This document shows, one piece after another, positions 1 through 11,540 of a stretch of DNA of 27,951 nucleotides. Source of the stretch: Macrostomum lignano (taxonomy: Eukaryota). The stretch lies in assembly GCA_002269645.1 (NCBI GenBank), contig NIVC01005044.1, positions 1 through 27,951 on the forward strand. The letters are read 5' to 3'. Numbering within the stretch: position 1 is the stretch's first letter; the number at the start of each line of letters is the position of its first letter. The position numbers and the translations under genes are program-made. Below the pieces are notes generated by a model. That model was given only the letters and a program-made list of their open reading frames with translations, was not told the origin of the DNA and did not search any database.

Positions 1-1118
1 ACAAAGAATTTTATTTTAAAGTTGCAGCGATTTTTTATTACATATGCGATTTTTGCAAGCCAAGAGTCAGTGGCAACATGCAACAGGCAATTTGCAATGT
101 GCATTAGGCCTATTTTAACCTCGGACTTGCTTGGACTTAAAGCTTAAAGGTTCTACTTTGCTGTTTCCAAATTTACTCTGCCAATTTATTTAACTCAATG
201 ACTGTAATCTAGAACTATATTTCTACTAGGCCTACATTATGTCTATGTATATCTAATAGCATATTATAAAAACTATAAAATCATAACTAGAATAACATTT
301 TTAAGCATATAGTAACATAATATTGCTGTATATTATTTATGTTTTTGGTTGCTTTAGACCTATTTAATAGGCATTTCATTGCAATTGCCAAGAAGCTTAT
401 TTCATGATCATAAGATTTATAATTGATTCATTGGCTTAATTTGTTTAGGATTCTATAGTCTAGATTATTAACCATAATAAGATAACCATTAATTTAGAGG
501 TTAGATAAAATCAAGATTTTTAGAACAAGGTAGGATTAGGATTCTATTTTTGTTAGGATCCTTGGATTTTAGGATAAGTTATTTCTTATGATAGCTAGGC
601 CTATTTATTTATCATAGATATAATTTTATAATAATGTCATTTTTGTCTATATAATCATGTTTCATTGTTATCAAAAGATTAAAGTAATTAATTAATTAAA
701 AAATTAAGTTAAAGGTTAATCATAAAACAAAGAAAATAATATTTTGCTCTTAGTTAGTATTAGAATTATCAACTATATTTTATTTACCAATATTAGATAA
801 TCTATTTTTTTAACATAATTTTAACTTATTTTAACTTTTATAAGGCCTAAATTATACAAATATTTAGATTTTAAAGCAAGTTAAAAATCTATTTTTGCCT
901 TGAAGGTTTTTGATAACCAACTATTTTGTTTATGTTTTGTATATTGTGTTTTTATTTCTTTTTTGTAGAGATTGGGGCATTTTGTGGAGGTTAGTTGCCA
1001 CTTTTTATAGGCCTACTTTTTAACTAAAATGGTCCTATACCCTCATTAGTAGGACCCCTAGTTACTTGTCATTTTTATTACTTCATTTTAGAGAATTTAA
1101 ATAACACTCATTTTATAG

Positions 1119-1624
1119 TTGAGCTGTTGCCCTTGCCAACTGTTCCAGCCTCAGCAGCAGCCCTGACAACTCGACCTTCATCACCAACATACAAGCATTC
1201 ATACAAGCTGTCTCAATTCATGGGCCGGAAGCAGAGGCTGCCCCGCAGGCAAGAGGACGATGTTGCCATTGCTGGCAGCGTCTTCACTGATTCGCCAGAC
1301 AATGCAGTTGAGGTCGCGACTTCCCTGAGGCGGCCGCTGAGCGTCACCCAGGCAGCTGCCGAGCTGGATGGCGGCGCCACCGTGCCGATTGTGTTCTCGC
1401 CCTCGCCAACTCCGCCGCTGTCGCCCTCGCTGGTGTCAGCGGCTTCATCTTTGCTGTCCTCGCCGCCGATCCCGCTGCTAACAGCGTCGACAAGTTCCGC
1501 TGCTTCGCCGCCGCCACCACCGCCGCGAAAGCAGCTGCGCCTTGTTGCGCGGGCGTCGACTGAGCAGCCGCAGCAGCAGCGACTGCCGCGCAGGCAGAAT
1601 CGAAAGCGAAGCCTTGCAGCTGAG
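1119..1624 (+). CDS. Putative internal coding exon of an unidentified Ser/Pro-rich, basic, low-complexity protein
   Basis: Acceptor ttttatag at 1111-1118 where AT-rich sequence switches to GC-rich; open frame of ORF 1127..1687 with GC-rich third positions (ccg/tcg/ctg/gcg); weak donor GAG|GTGAAG at 1625 in phase 0, matching the exon at 3890. An in-frame ATG at 1220 (MGRKQRLPRRQ) is an alternative start. No recognisable domain. Confidence 0.5.
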
Positions 1625-1831
1625 GTGAAGCCCTTATTGTTGTGTGCACCTGTGTGCGTACAGTTCACAGAGAATCCAGACCATTAGGGTTGCCTCCATT
1701 GTCAAGTTTTTTGTCTGGTCATTTTGTTCGACTTTGGCATTGTGCTAAATATAGATATGCAAAATGGAATATACGTTTTTTAGAACAACTGTTTAAGATA
1801 GGGGGCGAAGTAAACAGGGTATCATGTTATA

Positions 1832-3228
1832 GGACTGGAGGGTAGCACTGAACGACTGGAGGGTAGGCATTAAAAGACCGGAGGGTAACACTAAAGGACG
1901 GGAGGGTAGCACTAAAGGACCAGAGGGTAACAGTAAAGGACTGGAGGGTAGCACTAAAGGACGGAGGGTAACACTAAAAGACCGGAGGGTAGCACTAGAG
2001 GACCGGAGGGTAACACTAAAGGACCGGAGAGTAGCACTAAAAGACCGGAGGTAGCACTAGAGGACCGGAGGGTAACACTAAAGGACCGGAGAGTAGCACT
2101 AAAAGACCGGAGGGTAGCACTAAGACCGGAGGTAGCACTAAAAGACCAAAAGACCGGAGGGTAGCACTAAAGGACCGGAGGGTAACACTAAAAGACCGGA
2201 GGGTAGCACTAAAGGACCGGAGGTAACACTAAAGGACCGGAGGGTAGCACTAAAGGACCGGAGGTAACACTAAAGGACCGGAGGGTAACACTAAAAGACC
2301 GGAGGGTAGCACTAGAGGACCGGAGGGTAACACTAAAGGACCGGAGAGTAGCACTAAAAGACCGGAGGGTAGCACTAGAGGACCGGAGGGTAGCACTAGA
2401 GGACCGGAGGGTAGCACTAAAGGACCGGAGGGTAGCACTAAAAGACCGGAGGTAGCACTAAAGGACCGGAGGGTAGCACTAAAAAACCGGAGGGTAACAC
2501 TAAAGGACCGGAGGGTAGCACTAGAGGACCGGAGGGTAGCACTAGAGGACCGGAGGGTAGCACTAAAGGACCGGAGGGTAGCACTAAAAACCGGAGGGTA
2601 GCACTAAAAGACCGAGGTAGCACTAAAGGACCGGAGGGTAGCACTAAAAAACCGGAGGTAGCACTAAAGGACCGGAGGGTAACACTAAAGGACCGGAGGG
2701 TAGCACTAAAGGACCGGAGGGTAGCACTAAAAAACCGGAGGTAGCACTAAAGGACCGGAGGGTAACACTAAAGGACCGGAGGGTAGCACTAAAAAACCGG
2801 AGGGTAGCACTAAAAAACCGGAGGTAGCACTAAAGGACGGAGGGTAACACTAAAAAACCGGAGGGTAGCACTAAAGGACCGGAGGGTAGCACTAAAAGAC
2901 CGGAGGTAGCACTAAAGGACCGGAGGGTAACACTAAAAAACCGGAGGGTAGCACTAAAGGACCGGAGGTAACACTAAAAAACCGGAGGGTAGCACTAAAG
3001 GACCGGAGGGTAGCACTAAAAGACCGGAGGTAGCACTAAAGGACCGGAGGGTAACACTAAAAAACCGGAGGGTAACACTAAAGGACCGGAGGGTAGCACT
3101 AAAGGACCGGAGGGTAACACCAAAGGACCGGAGGGTAGCACTAAAGGACCGGAGGTAGCACTAAAGGACCGGAGGTAACACTAAAGGACCGGAGGGTAAC
3201 ACCAAAGGACCGGAGGGTAAGCATTAAA
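1832..3228. repeat. 21-bp minisatellite (GGACCGGAGGGTAGCACTAAA)n, about 66 copies with 1-bp indel variants; probably intronic
   Basis: Tandem unit read directly; source of the spurious LPSGPLV ORFs. Confidence 0.97.
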
Positions 3229-3889
3229 GAGCACAATCAACCGCACAGTCACACTTTTGCGGTGACTCGAGCATATTGTTTTTCATTAAAAATTTAGGAA
3301 AGAGCTAGTTATTTAGGAAAGATAAGCGCTGATCTGAAGAGCCCCAGGCCCAGTTAAAGTACTCAGCAGGGGGTGCTGACGTCATCAGAAGCTATTTTGT
3401 GTCACCGCCACTCAGCTAAAGTGAATTGGCATGAATTCTATATAATTTCACATTCATTTATCTCGCCTGCCTACCAGAGAGTACAAAAATGCGTCTTAGA
3501 CATGTGATTCTTGCTTTCTCCTACTTTTCATTCTCTCTAAACCTCACCCACTCTTGCTACAACTGGCTGTGGAACCGGCCGGTCAGATGACCGAGCCGCT
3601 ATTTGAGTGGCGGGTGCAGCCAGTTTTGCATTGCTGCGTACATTCACTCCGCCTGTCTGCCCTGGCCGCTCGCTCTATTAATGGCTAAAGCAAACAAATA
3701 GCTGGGAGGGTCAGGTGACATTGAGGTATCTGATCTGGCTCGGAGCGGCAGTTCCAGATCGAGTTCACCGTTTAGGATTTCTTTAATTTTACTCTTTTGA
3801 TTTTTTTTTGTAAAATTTTACTGCTCATATCCCTGACGCTGTAAGTAGTATGCAAGGCTTTAATATTTTTGTTTACCGTCGTCTTCCAG

Positions 3890-4111
3890 CCTCTCTCCGC
3901 CGCCCGGTTTGCTTCAACGGCCAGCATCTACATTCTGCCGGCGCAGCGCCGCCTTCAGTCGCTGCAACCGCCGGCGCCGCCCTCGCCGCCGATGTCGCTG
4001 TTTGGCAGCGGCGAGTCCACCAACAGCTGCAGCAACCTGAGCCTGCCGGCCTCGGCGGCCACTTCTGACGACTGCGGCTGGCTCGCTTGTAACCGCGAGG
4101 ATTCGCCTGGG
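3890..4111 (+). CDS. Putative coding exon (PLSAARFASTASIYILP...NREDSPG) of the same unidentified gene
   Basis: Acceptor gtcttccag at 3881-3889, donor GGG|GTGAGC at 4112, 222 nt, phase 0 at both ends, open frame, GC-rich. Confidence 0.55.
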
Positions 4112-4359
4112 GTGAGCGGATTGCGGCTTTTGATGTTAGAGAACACCTGGGCAGGAATATTATCTAGAACTCTACTGTTAGAGGGCATATAGGCTGGGCA
4201 CTGATTTCCAATCCAGATATGCTTCGCATTTAGGAGTCCATGATCGAATCGCTGGTCCTGAGTCAGTTGTCCTTGTATCTATGTGTTTGACTGCACAATC
4301 GGTTATTTGTACTGTCAGTAGCTGACAGGAATTTTATTGTTTTTTCTCACCTCTGGCAG

Positions 4360-4488
4360 GCGGCGTCAGTCAGCCTGGCCGAGTCCGACCCGCTCATCAG
4401 CTGCCGGTGGCTCAAAGCTGGCGCCCCCCAGCCTGTCTGCGGCAGCGGCGGTGGCAGTCTTACTAGTCACGTGACAACTCGTCCGTCG
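4360..4488 (+). CDS. Putative coding exon (AASVSLAESDPLISCRWLKAGAPQPVCGSGGGSLTSHVTTRPS); downstream exon not identified
   Basis: Polypyrimidine acceptor tttttctcacctctggcag ending 4359, consensus donor TCG|GTGAGT at 4489, 129 nt, open in phase 0 and continuing the 3890 exon frame. Confidence 0.6.
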
Positions 4489-4685
4489 GTGAGTTTTGGC
4501 GGTTTATTTCAAGGTCAAATTCATTAAGATAAGTAGGCCAATATATTTTGCACTCAATAGATGCTAGAACTGCCATGGTTAAAACTGATTGCATTTAATG
4601 TACTTTATATTCAGTATAAGTTTCTGCTTTTTAAATGATTTGGTATATAATGCACCAACTTGACTCTTCTCATTATGATTGAGCC

Positions 4686-5045
4686 GCCAAAGTCCCAGAT
4701 CTTCCGGATGGGCCACCGTCGGATCCCCAGTTTCTGGGTCTCTGCCTTCCCAGATCCTCAGTTTCTGGGCCTCTGCCCTCCCAGATCCTCAGTTGCTGGG
4801 CCTCTGCCCTCCCAGATCCTCAGTTGCTGGGCCTCTGCCCTCCCAGATCCTCAGTTGCTGGGCCTCTGCCCTCCAGATCCTCAGTTTCTGGGCCTCCCAG
4901 ATCCTCAGTTTCTGGGCCTCCGCCCTCCCAGATCCTCAGTTTCTGGGCCTCCGCCCTCCCACATCCTCAGTTTCTGGGCCTCCGCCCTCCTAGATCCTCA
5001 GTTTCTGGGCCTCTGTCCTCTCAGATCCTCAGGCTGGGCCGCTGC
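4686..5045. repeat. 31-bp minisatellite (CCCAGATCCTCAGTT[G/T]CTGGGCCTCTGCCCT)n, about 11 copies with degenerate ends
   Basis: Tandem unit read directly. Confidence 0.93.
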
Positions 5046-6257
5046 TACCATCCCAAATGTAGAAGATACCCATTGTAGGAGGCTGTGGAAAGTATTCTAG
5101 TCATTTTAATTGTGTTAATGCAAGCATTCAAAAAAGCCTCACACAGTGTCTACAAGTGCTGTGTCCCAAATTTGGAGTTCGAATTCCTCGCGAACAGGCA
5201 GACAAGACAGACAGTTAATAATGCTTCGCACACAAAGACCACGTGGCACAAAGACTTGTGTATGGGAGGGGGTCCCGGACGCCCGGAGACGGAGGCCCTG
5301 CAGTTTTTTCTATTCAAACGACTTTCCTAATTTCCTGTCGAGTGTGTTTAATTGCCTTGGGTGTGGTGTGGAATCAAGGCCCAAGACTGGAAGACTCGGA
5401 GTTCTAGCTGTCTGAGACAAAGACTCGAAAGTCTTTATCTAGCACCCATCCATGGCCTGCGTATAGAAATGCTTAGGGCTCTCACAGACAAAGAGACTGG
5501 CGGTGTCCCGCTGCTGTCAGCGTCTCCCGCTCCGTCTTCATCAAGCCAGGGTTTAAAACGACTCCGAAGAAATTGTTGAGCTGGTATTGCTGGGTGCGTC
5601 TGTGTTGATATTCCTGAGCATAGTGAGCATAGGCCAGATGAGGAGCCTGGCATGCCCTTGTCCGTCTGCCTTCCCATAGCGCGCGCGTGTGACCTACCGC
5701 TCCCCCTTGAGTGACTGCAATATAATATATTTATACCGCGAGTCAGCCAGAGCCAAGTCCGGTCTTTGTGCTGCCAGAGCGGCGAGGCTGTGGGAAGACT
5801 TCGCTCCCAGTCCCAGCTGGCCAATTCTCCCAAACAATTCTTCTCGATTACTCGAAGCCATCTGGCAGAAACAAGAAGATCGCTGCTTCTTTCAAACCTC
5901 CCCCAGCTTTTTTCTTCCCTCTCGCTTTGAATAAATAAAAATCCCAGGCTTCTCCCGCTCGGCCTGGAGATTGGAGTGAACGCTCCCATTGTTGTGCTGA
6001 CGCGTGGCTGGGGGGGGGCTGGGTTCCCGCATCCCCGGATCCAGCTGGTGCGTGCGCTAGCGAAAAAAGCACATGCCCCCCATTATCCCTGCAGCTTTTT
6101 TGGATTATGGCTCTTCTTATCTTAATCCGCAAGCCGGACTCCCCATTCTCCCATCCATTGTTATCCCATGTTTGCTTTGCGGCCTGTCGGATCGCCCGGG
6201 CTGGGCAGGGTGGCTGCGCCGCCCTCTGCCCCGTGTTGTTGGCTCGGTGAAACTTTA

Positions 6258-6340
6258 ATTGGTTGGAAAGTGGAGCTGGGGTGGCTGCGGCCTGCGCTCC
6301 CCTCTCCCATTGCGGCCTCATCTGCATATATAAATATATA
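6258..6340 (+). promoter_or_regulatory. Candidate core promoter of the RhoGAP gene: reverse CCAAT box (ATTGG 6258-6262) and TATA box (TATATAAATATATA 6327-6340)
   Basis: Motifs seen directly; the TATA element lies 65-80 nt before ATG 6406, which has an in-frame TGA (6397-6399) just upstream. Confidence 0.45.
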
Positions 6341-6405
6341 GCTGCACGCTCACTGGGTGAGATCGGAGACGGAATTTGGAAGCAATTCAAAGCAGCTGAA
6401 GAAGC

Positions 6406-8128
6406 ATGGAGTCGCCATTGATGAAGCAGAAGTCAGCCGCGCAGCCTCCGCAGTTTCTTGCCGGGCTGCTTCGCCTGCCAAGCCGGCCGAAGCTGAACCA
6501 GCAGCACCAGCTGCAGCGTTCGTTCTGTTGCCATGGCAACAGCGTCTCTAGCGACGGCAAGTTTTTCGGCCGACCATTGGAACTGCAGCCAACAACGGAG
6601 GTGCCGGGACTTGGCGCGGTGCCAGCCATCCTGGCCGCCTGCTGTGACCATCTGGCCAGTCACGTGACAGACGAGGGCCTGTTCCGCGTTGAGGCGCCGC
6701 GGTCGCGCCTCGTCGAGCTGCGTCGTCAACTCGATGCCGGCGCCGGGGTCGGCGAAGCGACGCCGCCGAGGGACGTCGCCTGCGCTCTGAAGGCGTGGCT
6801 CCGCGAGCTGCCCGAGCCGCTGCTGCCGCCAGCGATCGCCCAGGAGCTCGCCGAGGCTGCCGCTGTCGGTGTTGCCGACGACGATGGGGCTCGAGCTCGC
6901 GACCTGCTGCGCCGGCGATGCCGACCTCCGGCCGTGTCGCCAAGCCAACTGCGGGCGCTGCGGCATCTGTGCGAATTTCTGGCCAAGGTGAGGCAGCTGC
7001 GAATTCCATTTCTGATTTTTCAGTTCTCTAACAATTCCTTTGTTTGACTCTAATTAATTCCTCCTTTCTCAACCCCATCAATCACCTGGCCAGGTGGCTC
7101 GGCACTCCGCCTCCAACCGCATGGACGCTGACAATCTGGCCACCTGCCTCGGGCCCTGCCTTCTGCGACACGTGGGCGCAGCGGCTGCCGCCTCCGCAGC
7201 CTCGCCGTTGCTGCCGCCGGCTTCGCCTCGAGACGCCGTTGCCCGGCTGAACGCCGCCGCCGCCTTGCTGGTCCGGCATCACCAAGCGCTCGGCGCCATC
7301 GACTCGGTGACAGCGGTGGAGCCTCCGCCTCCGGCTGTTGAGGCTGGGAAGCGCGGACGGAGCGGCAGCTGCAGCGGCAGCGGCGGCTCCTTTGCCGCCC
7401 TCCGAGCCGCTGTCGGCCGCTTCGCCAGCAGGTCGCGCTCGCGCAGCCCTGGCAGCCGGCGCGGCCAGGCATCTCCGTTCTCGGCGTCGTCGGCATCGTC
7501 GACAGCGGCGGCTCGGGCCCCGTTGGCCACCTCATTGCGCAACCTGGTGGCCGCCGCCGCCGCTGGCAGGCGTGCCGCGCCGCTCATCGGCGGCCGCCGT
7601 CCGTCAGCGCAGAGTCCCGCCGCGACGGTTGCTGCAGACGCCGTCCCGGCCGAGCCCGACGCCGCCGAGGGCCGGCGGTTCCGGCAGTTTCTGCTGAGCC
7701 GGCTTGGCGGCCAGGAACCGCCAAAGTCGCCCAGCTCGTCCAGCTCTGCCTCGCCGCCTTCGCTGACTTCGCCGTCCTCCCCGCCGTCCAGTCTGGAAGT
7801 GTCGACGCCGCCGTCTCGGTGCCGTCCCGGTGATTCTCGCCGACGGCGCCTCCTGCGATGTCGCCGAGTTGGCGGTGGTCGCCGCGGATTCGACGAGTCG
7901 CCGTCCAGCGGCGGCGGCGGCAGCGGCTTCTCGCCCCGCGACAGCCTGCGCGCCCTCCGGCTTCGGGGAGTTCGTCGGCAGAACGGCGGCGGCAGCGGCG
8001 GCAGCGGCGGCAGCGGTAGCGGCGGAGTCGGCCGGCGCTGGCCGCGGCTTCTGATCTCGCCGTCGTCCATGAAGGCCCGCCTGCTTCGGTCCGAAGGCCT
8101 GCTGAGCTCCGCTCGGTTGAAGCCTTGA
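6406..8128 (+). CDS. ARHGAP11A: Rho GTPase-activating protein, ARHGAP11-like; join(6406..6987,7094..8128), 538 aa; N-terminal RhoGAP domain plus Ser/Gly/Arg-rich tail
   Basis: Motifs GKFFGRPL, VPAIL..CCDHL..H...EGLFR (arginine finger codon 6685-6687), PPRDVACALKAWLRELPEPLLP and, after splicing AAG|GTGAGG (6988) to cctggccag|GTG (7094), FLAKVARHSASNRMDADNLATCLGPCL. The pattern follows ARHGAP11A as recalled (GKIFGVP...EGLFRK...[22 protein letters not shown]...NKMDSSNLA). RhoGAP family is certain; subfamily is a by-eye call. Confidence 0.9.
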
Positions 8129-8460
8129 AGTCAGGAGGATTTGCTTGATAGATAATTGACCGCTTGCTCTTTCACTTTGCAGCATAAATTCTATTGTATA
8201 TAATCTTATACTCTTAGTTTACTATTACTGCCAGTGTCTGCCAATATTTGCACCATACCAATATATTTCGAAATGTGCTGTGCTTTGCATTTTAACTAAA
8301 TTCGAAAAAGCAGCTGCGTCTTGGGATTTTAAATCAATTTTATGCTTTGGAAATATTTTTTGTTTACTTGCGATGCTCAAATTGTTGGTTTTGTGTGGAC
8401 ATTAGTATACAAGTTTATTGTCTTATTCCGAAGGTCCTGTACCTCTGCTTGGTAGGTGCC

Positions 8461-9129
8461 GCTGCTTCTCCCCACTGAGCTTCAGTTGGTGCTGCTTCTC
8501 CCACTGAGCTTCAGTGGGTGCTGCTGTTCCCCCTCCTGAGCTTCAGTGGGTGCTGCTGTTCCCCCTCCTGAGCTTCAGTGGGTGCTGCTGTTCCCCCTCT
8601 TGAGCTTCAGTGGGTGCTGCTGTTCCCCCTCCTGAGCTTCAGTGGGTGCTGCTGTTCCCCCTCCTGAGCTTCAGTGGGTGCTGCTGTTCCCCCTCCTGAG
8701 CTTCAGTGGGTGCTGCTGTTCCCCCTCCTGAGCTTCAGTGGGTGCTGCTGTTCCCCCTCCTGAGCTTCAGTGGGTGCTGCTGTTCCCCCTCCTGAGCTTC
8801 AGTTGGTGCTGGTGTTCCCTCCTGAGCTTCAGTGGGTGCTGCTGTTCCCCCTCCTGAGCTTCAGTGGGTGCTGCTGTTCCCCCTCCTGAGCTTCAGTGGG
8901 TGCTGCTGTTCCCCCTCCTGAGCTTCAGTGGGTGCTGGTGTTCCCTCCTGAGCTTCAGTGGGTGCTGCTGTTCCCCCTCCTGAGCTTCAGTGGGTGCTGC
9001 TGTTTCCCCTCCTGAGCTTCAGTGGGTGCTGCTGTTCCCCCTCCTGAGCTTCAGTTGGTGCTGCTTCTCCCACTGAGCTTCAGTGGGTGCTGCTGTTCCC
9101 CTCCTGAGCTTCAGTGGGTGCTGCTGTTT
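8461..9129. repeat. 32-bp minisatellite (CCCCCTCCTGAGCTTCAGTGGGTGCTGCTGTT)n, about 21 copies
   Basis: Tandem unit read directly; period 32 (for example 8521 and 8553). Confidence 0.97.
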
Positions 9130-10132
9130 CAAAGGTTTTTTCATCCGTGCACTGAAACGGATATAGAACTTGATATAGCGAATTAATCATTGACTGGGTG
9201 CCTTTATTTGCCTTCAGATTTTTCAACTGTTTTTCTCTTAGCATAAGAAAACTTGAAGTCGCTCGCTATAGTTCGGCCTAAACTGTTTACCTTCGTAATC
9301 AAGGGAAACTGATGAAGGGAGCAGCATCCAGCTTCTCCCAGACTGGCCCGCCACTTGCCGAATAGAGCCGTCTGATAGATTTGTCTCCCCGGGGAGTCCG
9401 TAATCCCGACACCTATTCACTGTCCCCAAGCAATTCCCTATTCAGCCCATTGACTTTTTATTTCACACCCGTGCTGGGGTGGGCGCTGCGGGACTGTTGG
9501 CTTCCACTTCACTGATCCTCTGAGCAAACGAATTAAAGTAAATGGATAATTTATCCCCGAACCAGTTTGATTGCGCAACGGGTCCTGCGGGTCTCTGGGC
9601 GGTTTTGAGGAATTAAATCTCTTTTTTTCCTCCTAACCCCATCTTCTGTAAGCAGACTGATTGCTCCCTCCCAGAGTTCCATTCCTGCCAGGTGGGTCAG
9701 GGGGCCGGGAGCTGACATCTGCTTGCTCGGGAAGGGGTTGCGTCACCGCTCGACTTCTGGCGGGAATAAATCTGGGGCTTGGGGGGCTGCTTCTTTTTTG
9801 CAGGTGAAAATGGGATTTCTGCCTGAATTGGGCTGGGGATCTCAGATCGGAGAAGGTTAAAGCTGCGCTGCCGACTTTTCTCCCCTAATATTATTGTTGC
9901 TAAGGCGAGCTGCGGCCTCGCAACTGTTGCGGGTGGTCCCGGCTGGCCGGGCTGGGGCTGGGACTGCCTGGCAATCGGACACCGGCCGTCTCATCTTTCC
10001 TCCGGCTGCGCGCATCTGCGCCTGCCTGCTTTTTTAGGGTTGCGCTGCCGCGCTGAGCTCGGGTTTCCTCCCGGCCCCAACCAGTGGAGCGAAAGTTGGT
10101 GCCGACTGCGGCTGACTTTGCCTGGCCTTGCC

Positions 10133-10217
10133 GTGTCTGTCTGTCTGCCTGTCTGTCTGTCTGTCTGTCTGTCTGTGTCTGTCTGTATGTCTGTCTGTCT
10201 GTCTTTCTGTGTGTGTG

Positions 10218-10249
<32 letters not shown>

Positions 10250-10317
10250 CATGTCTGTCCATGTCTGTCTGTCTGTATGTCTGTCTGTCCATGTCTGTCT
10301 GTCCATGTCTGTCTGTC
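10133..10317. repeat. (TGTC)n microsatellite with interruptions
   Basis: Read directly; source of the TDRQ/CLSV ORFs. Confidence 0.97.
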
Positions 10318-10798
10318 ATTCTGCATATCTATCTAATTGCGTTTTATCAATTGCTGCCGTGTCCCAGCAATTAAATGCAGTTAAAATAAAGTATACTGTT
10401 GTTTTTCACTTTATTACTAAGCTATTCACACGGCAGTAAACACCCGCAGCCCAGCTCACATGAGACAACCCAGCTCTCCATTTCACCAATTCCACAATCC
10501 GATGCGAACATGTTGTGTTGGCCGCATTGTTTATGCATGCATTGTAAATCAAGTGGCTGGCTGGGTGGCACAGGGCTGCCTTACCAATTAATTAATTGGC
10601 CAAGTTTGTGCTTTCCCTGGCGTGGGCAACAAATGAAACCCGATCCACTGCTATCTCCCTGGCTTCCCGAAGGCCGCAAGTGTGCGGGCCACTTCGTAAA
10701 GCAGACACTTTCAATTGTTCACTTTGAAAGATGTGTTCACTTCATAACCAGTTAGCAATTTTTGCAAACACCAACAAGCTTCAATCTTTCGATTGCAG

Positions 10799-10897
10799 GA
10801 GCCTCAGCTGCCGGCTGTGGGGCCGCTGCTGGAGCTGGAGGAGCTGTTCCCGCTGGAGCAGATCTGGTCTCAGCAGGGCGACTGGCTGCTCCCCTAG
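10799..10897 (+). CDS. Possible terminal coding exon EPQLPAVGPLLELEELFPLEQIWSQQGDWLLP* of an unidentified gene
   Basis: Acceptor tcaatctttcgattgcag ending 10798; 33 codons to TAG with the CTG/GAG/CAG codon bias of the real exons in this window; upstream exons uncertain. Confidence 0.33.
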   Translation, partial: EPQLPAVGPLLELEELFPLEQIWSQQGDWLLP

Positions 10898-11540
10898 TGA
10901 CCCCGGCTCGGCTGGGTCCGTGTTCGCTGTTTTCAATTCTGTTTTTGTTTGGAGTTCAGATGCGTTTAGGCTTTGCCAACCGGACTGGTTGATTTTATCC
11001 AGGTAGGAAAATTCCGTTTTAATTCCTCTTGTTTGCTGGCATTTCGGCTGTCATTGCGGCTCTCCCTGTCTTCTAGAAGCGGCAGATGTTCTCAGCTGAT
11101 GCATTTCTGTTAATCGCCAACTTTTTGAGAAAAAAAATTCAAACTCGTTTTTGTTAATCTGGTCTGTAAAAATATTTAGCAAAAGTTATATTATATGTAT
11201 TGTTATTAAACAGTGCATTTCTGCCAGCAATGCTTCACAATGGCGTACATTTCACACTGGCACGCAGCCTTCCAGTTTAAACGCAATTATCGAAATTCTC
11301 TATTTCTCTCATCATTTTTGAGTTTTCAGTTTCTCATCCCGCTGCCTTGTAGCCAGTCGGACATCAGGCCCTGCTCGGTTCCTATTTGATTAGATAGGTT
11401 TATTAAGACAAATAAACAGTTTATGTAAGCCTGCCCGAACTCTTTCCCGGCTTTGGGTTCGGCTGCTTTTTTACTTTTTTTGAATGTTGGTCTTGCTGAG
11501 ATCTTCTTTTAGCTTTACCTGCTAGTGTGGGTTTAGAGAT

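Noticed and set aside
3377-3384. CRE palindrome TGACGTCA as a regulatory site
   Set aside because: A single 8-mer is close to chance expectation in 28 kb, and no linked start site could be defined
5488-5579. Terminal exon for the 1119-4488 gene (...SSSSQGLKRLRRNC*)
   Set aside because: The acceptor ctcacag gives phase 1, whereas the donor at 4489 is phase 0; no bridging exon was found
1213-8185. Long minus-strand or shifted ORFs over GC-rich segments (1213-1668, 5435-5989, 5848-6390, 6433-6966, 6548-7009, 7279-8070, 7604-8185)
   Set aside because: Those over exons are shadows of GC-rich sense frames; the 5.4-6.4 kb ones lack domain similarity, codon bias and splice support
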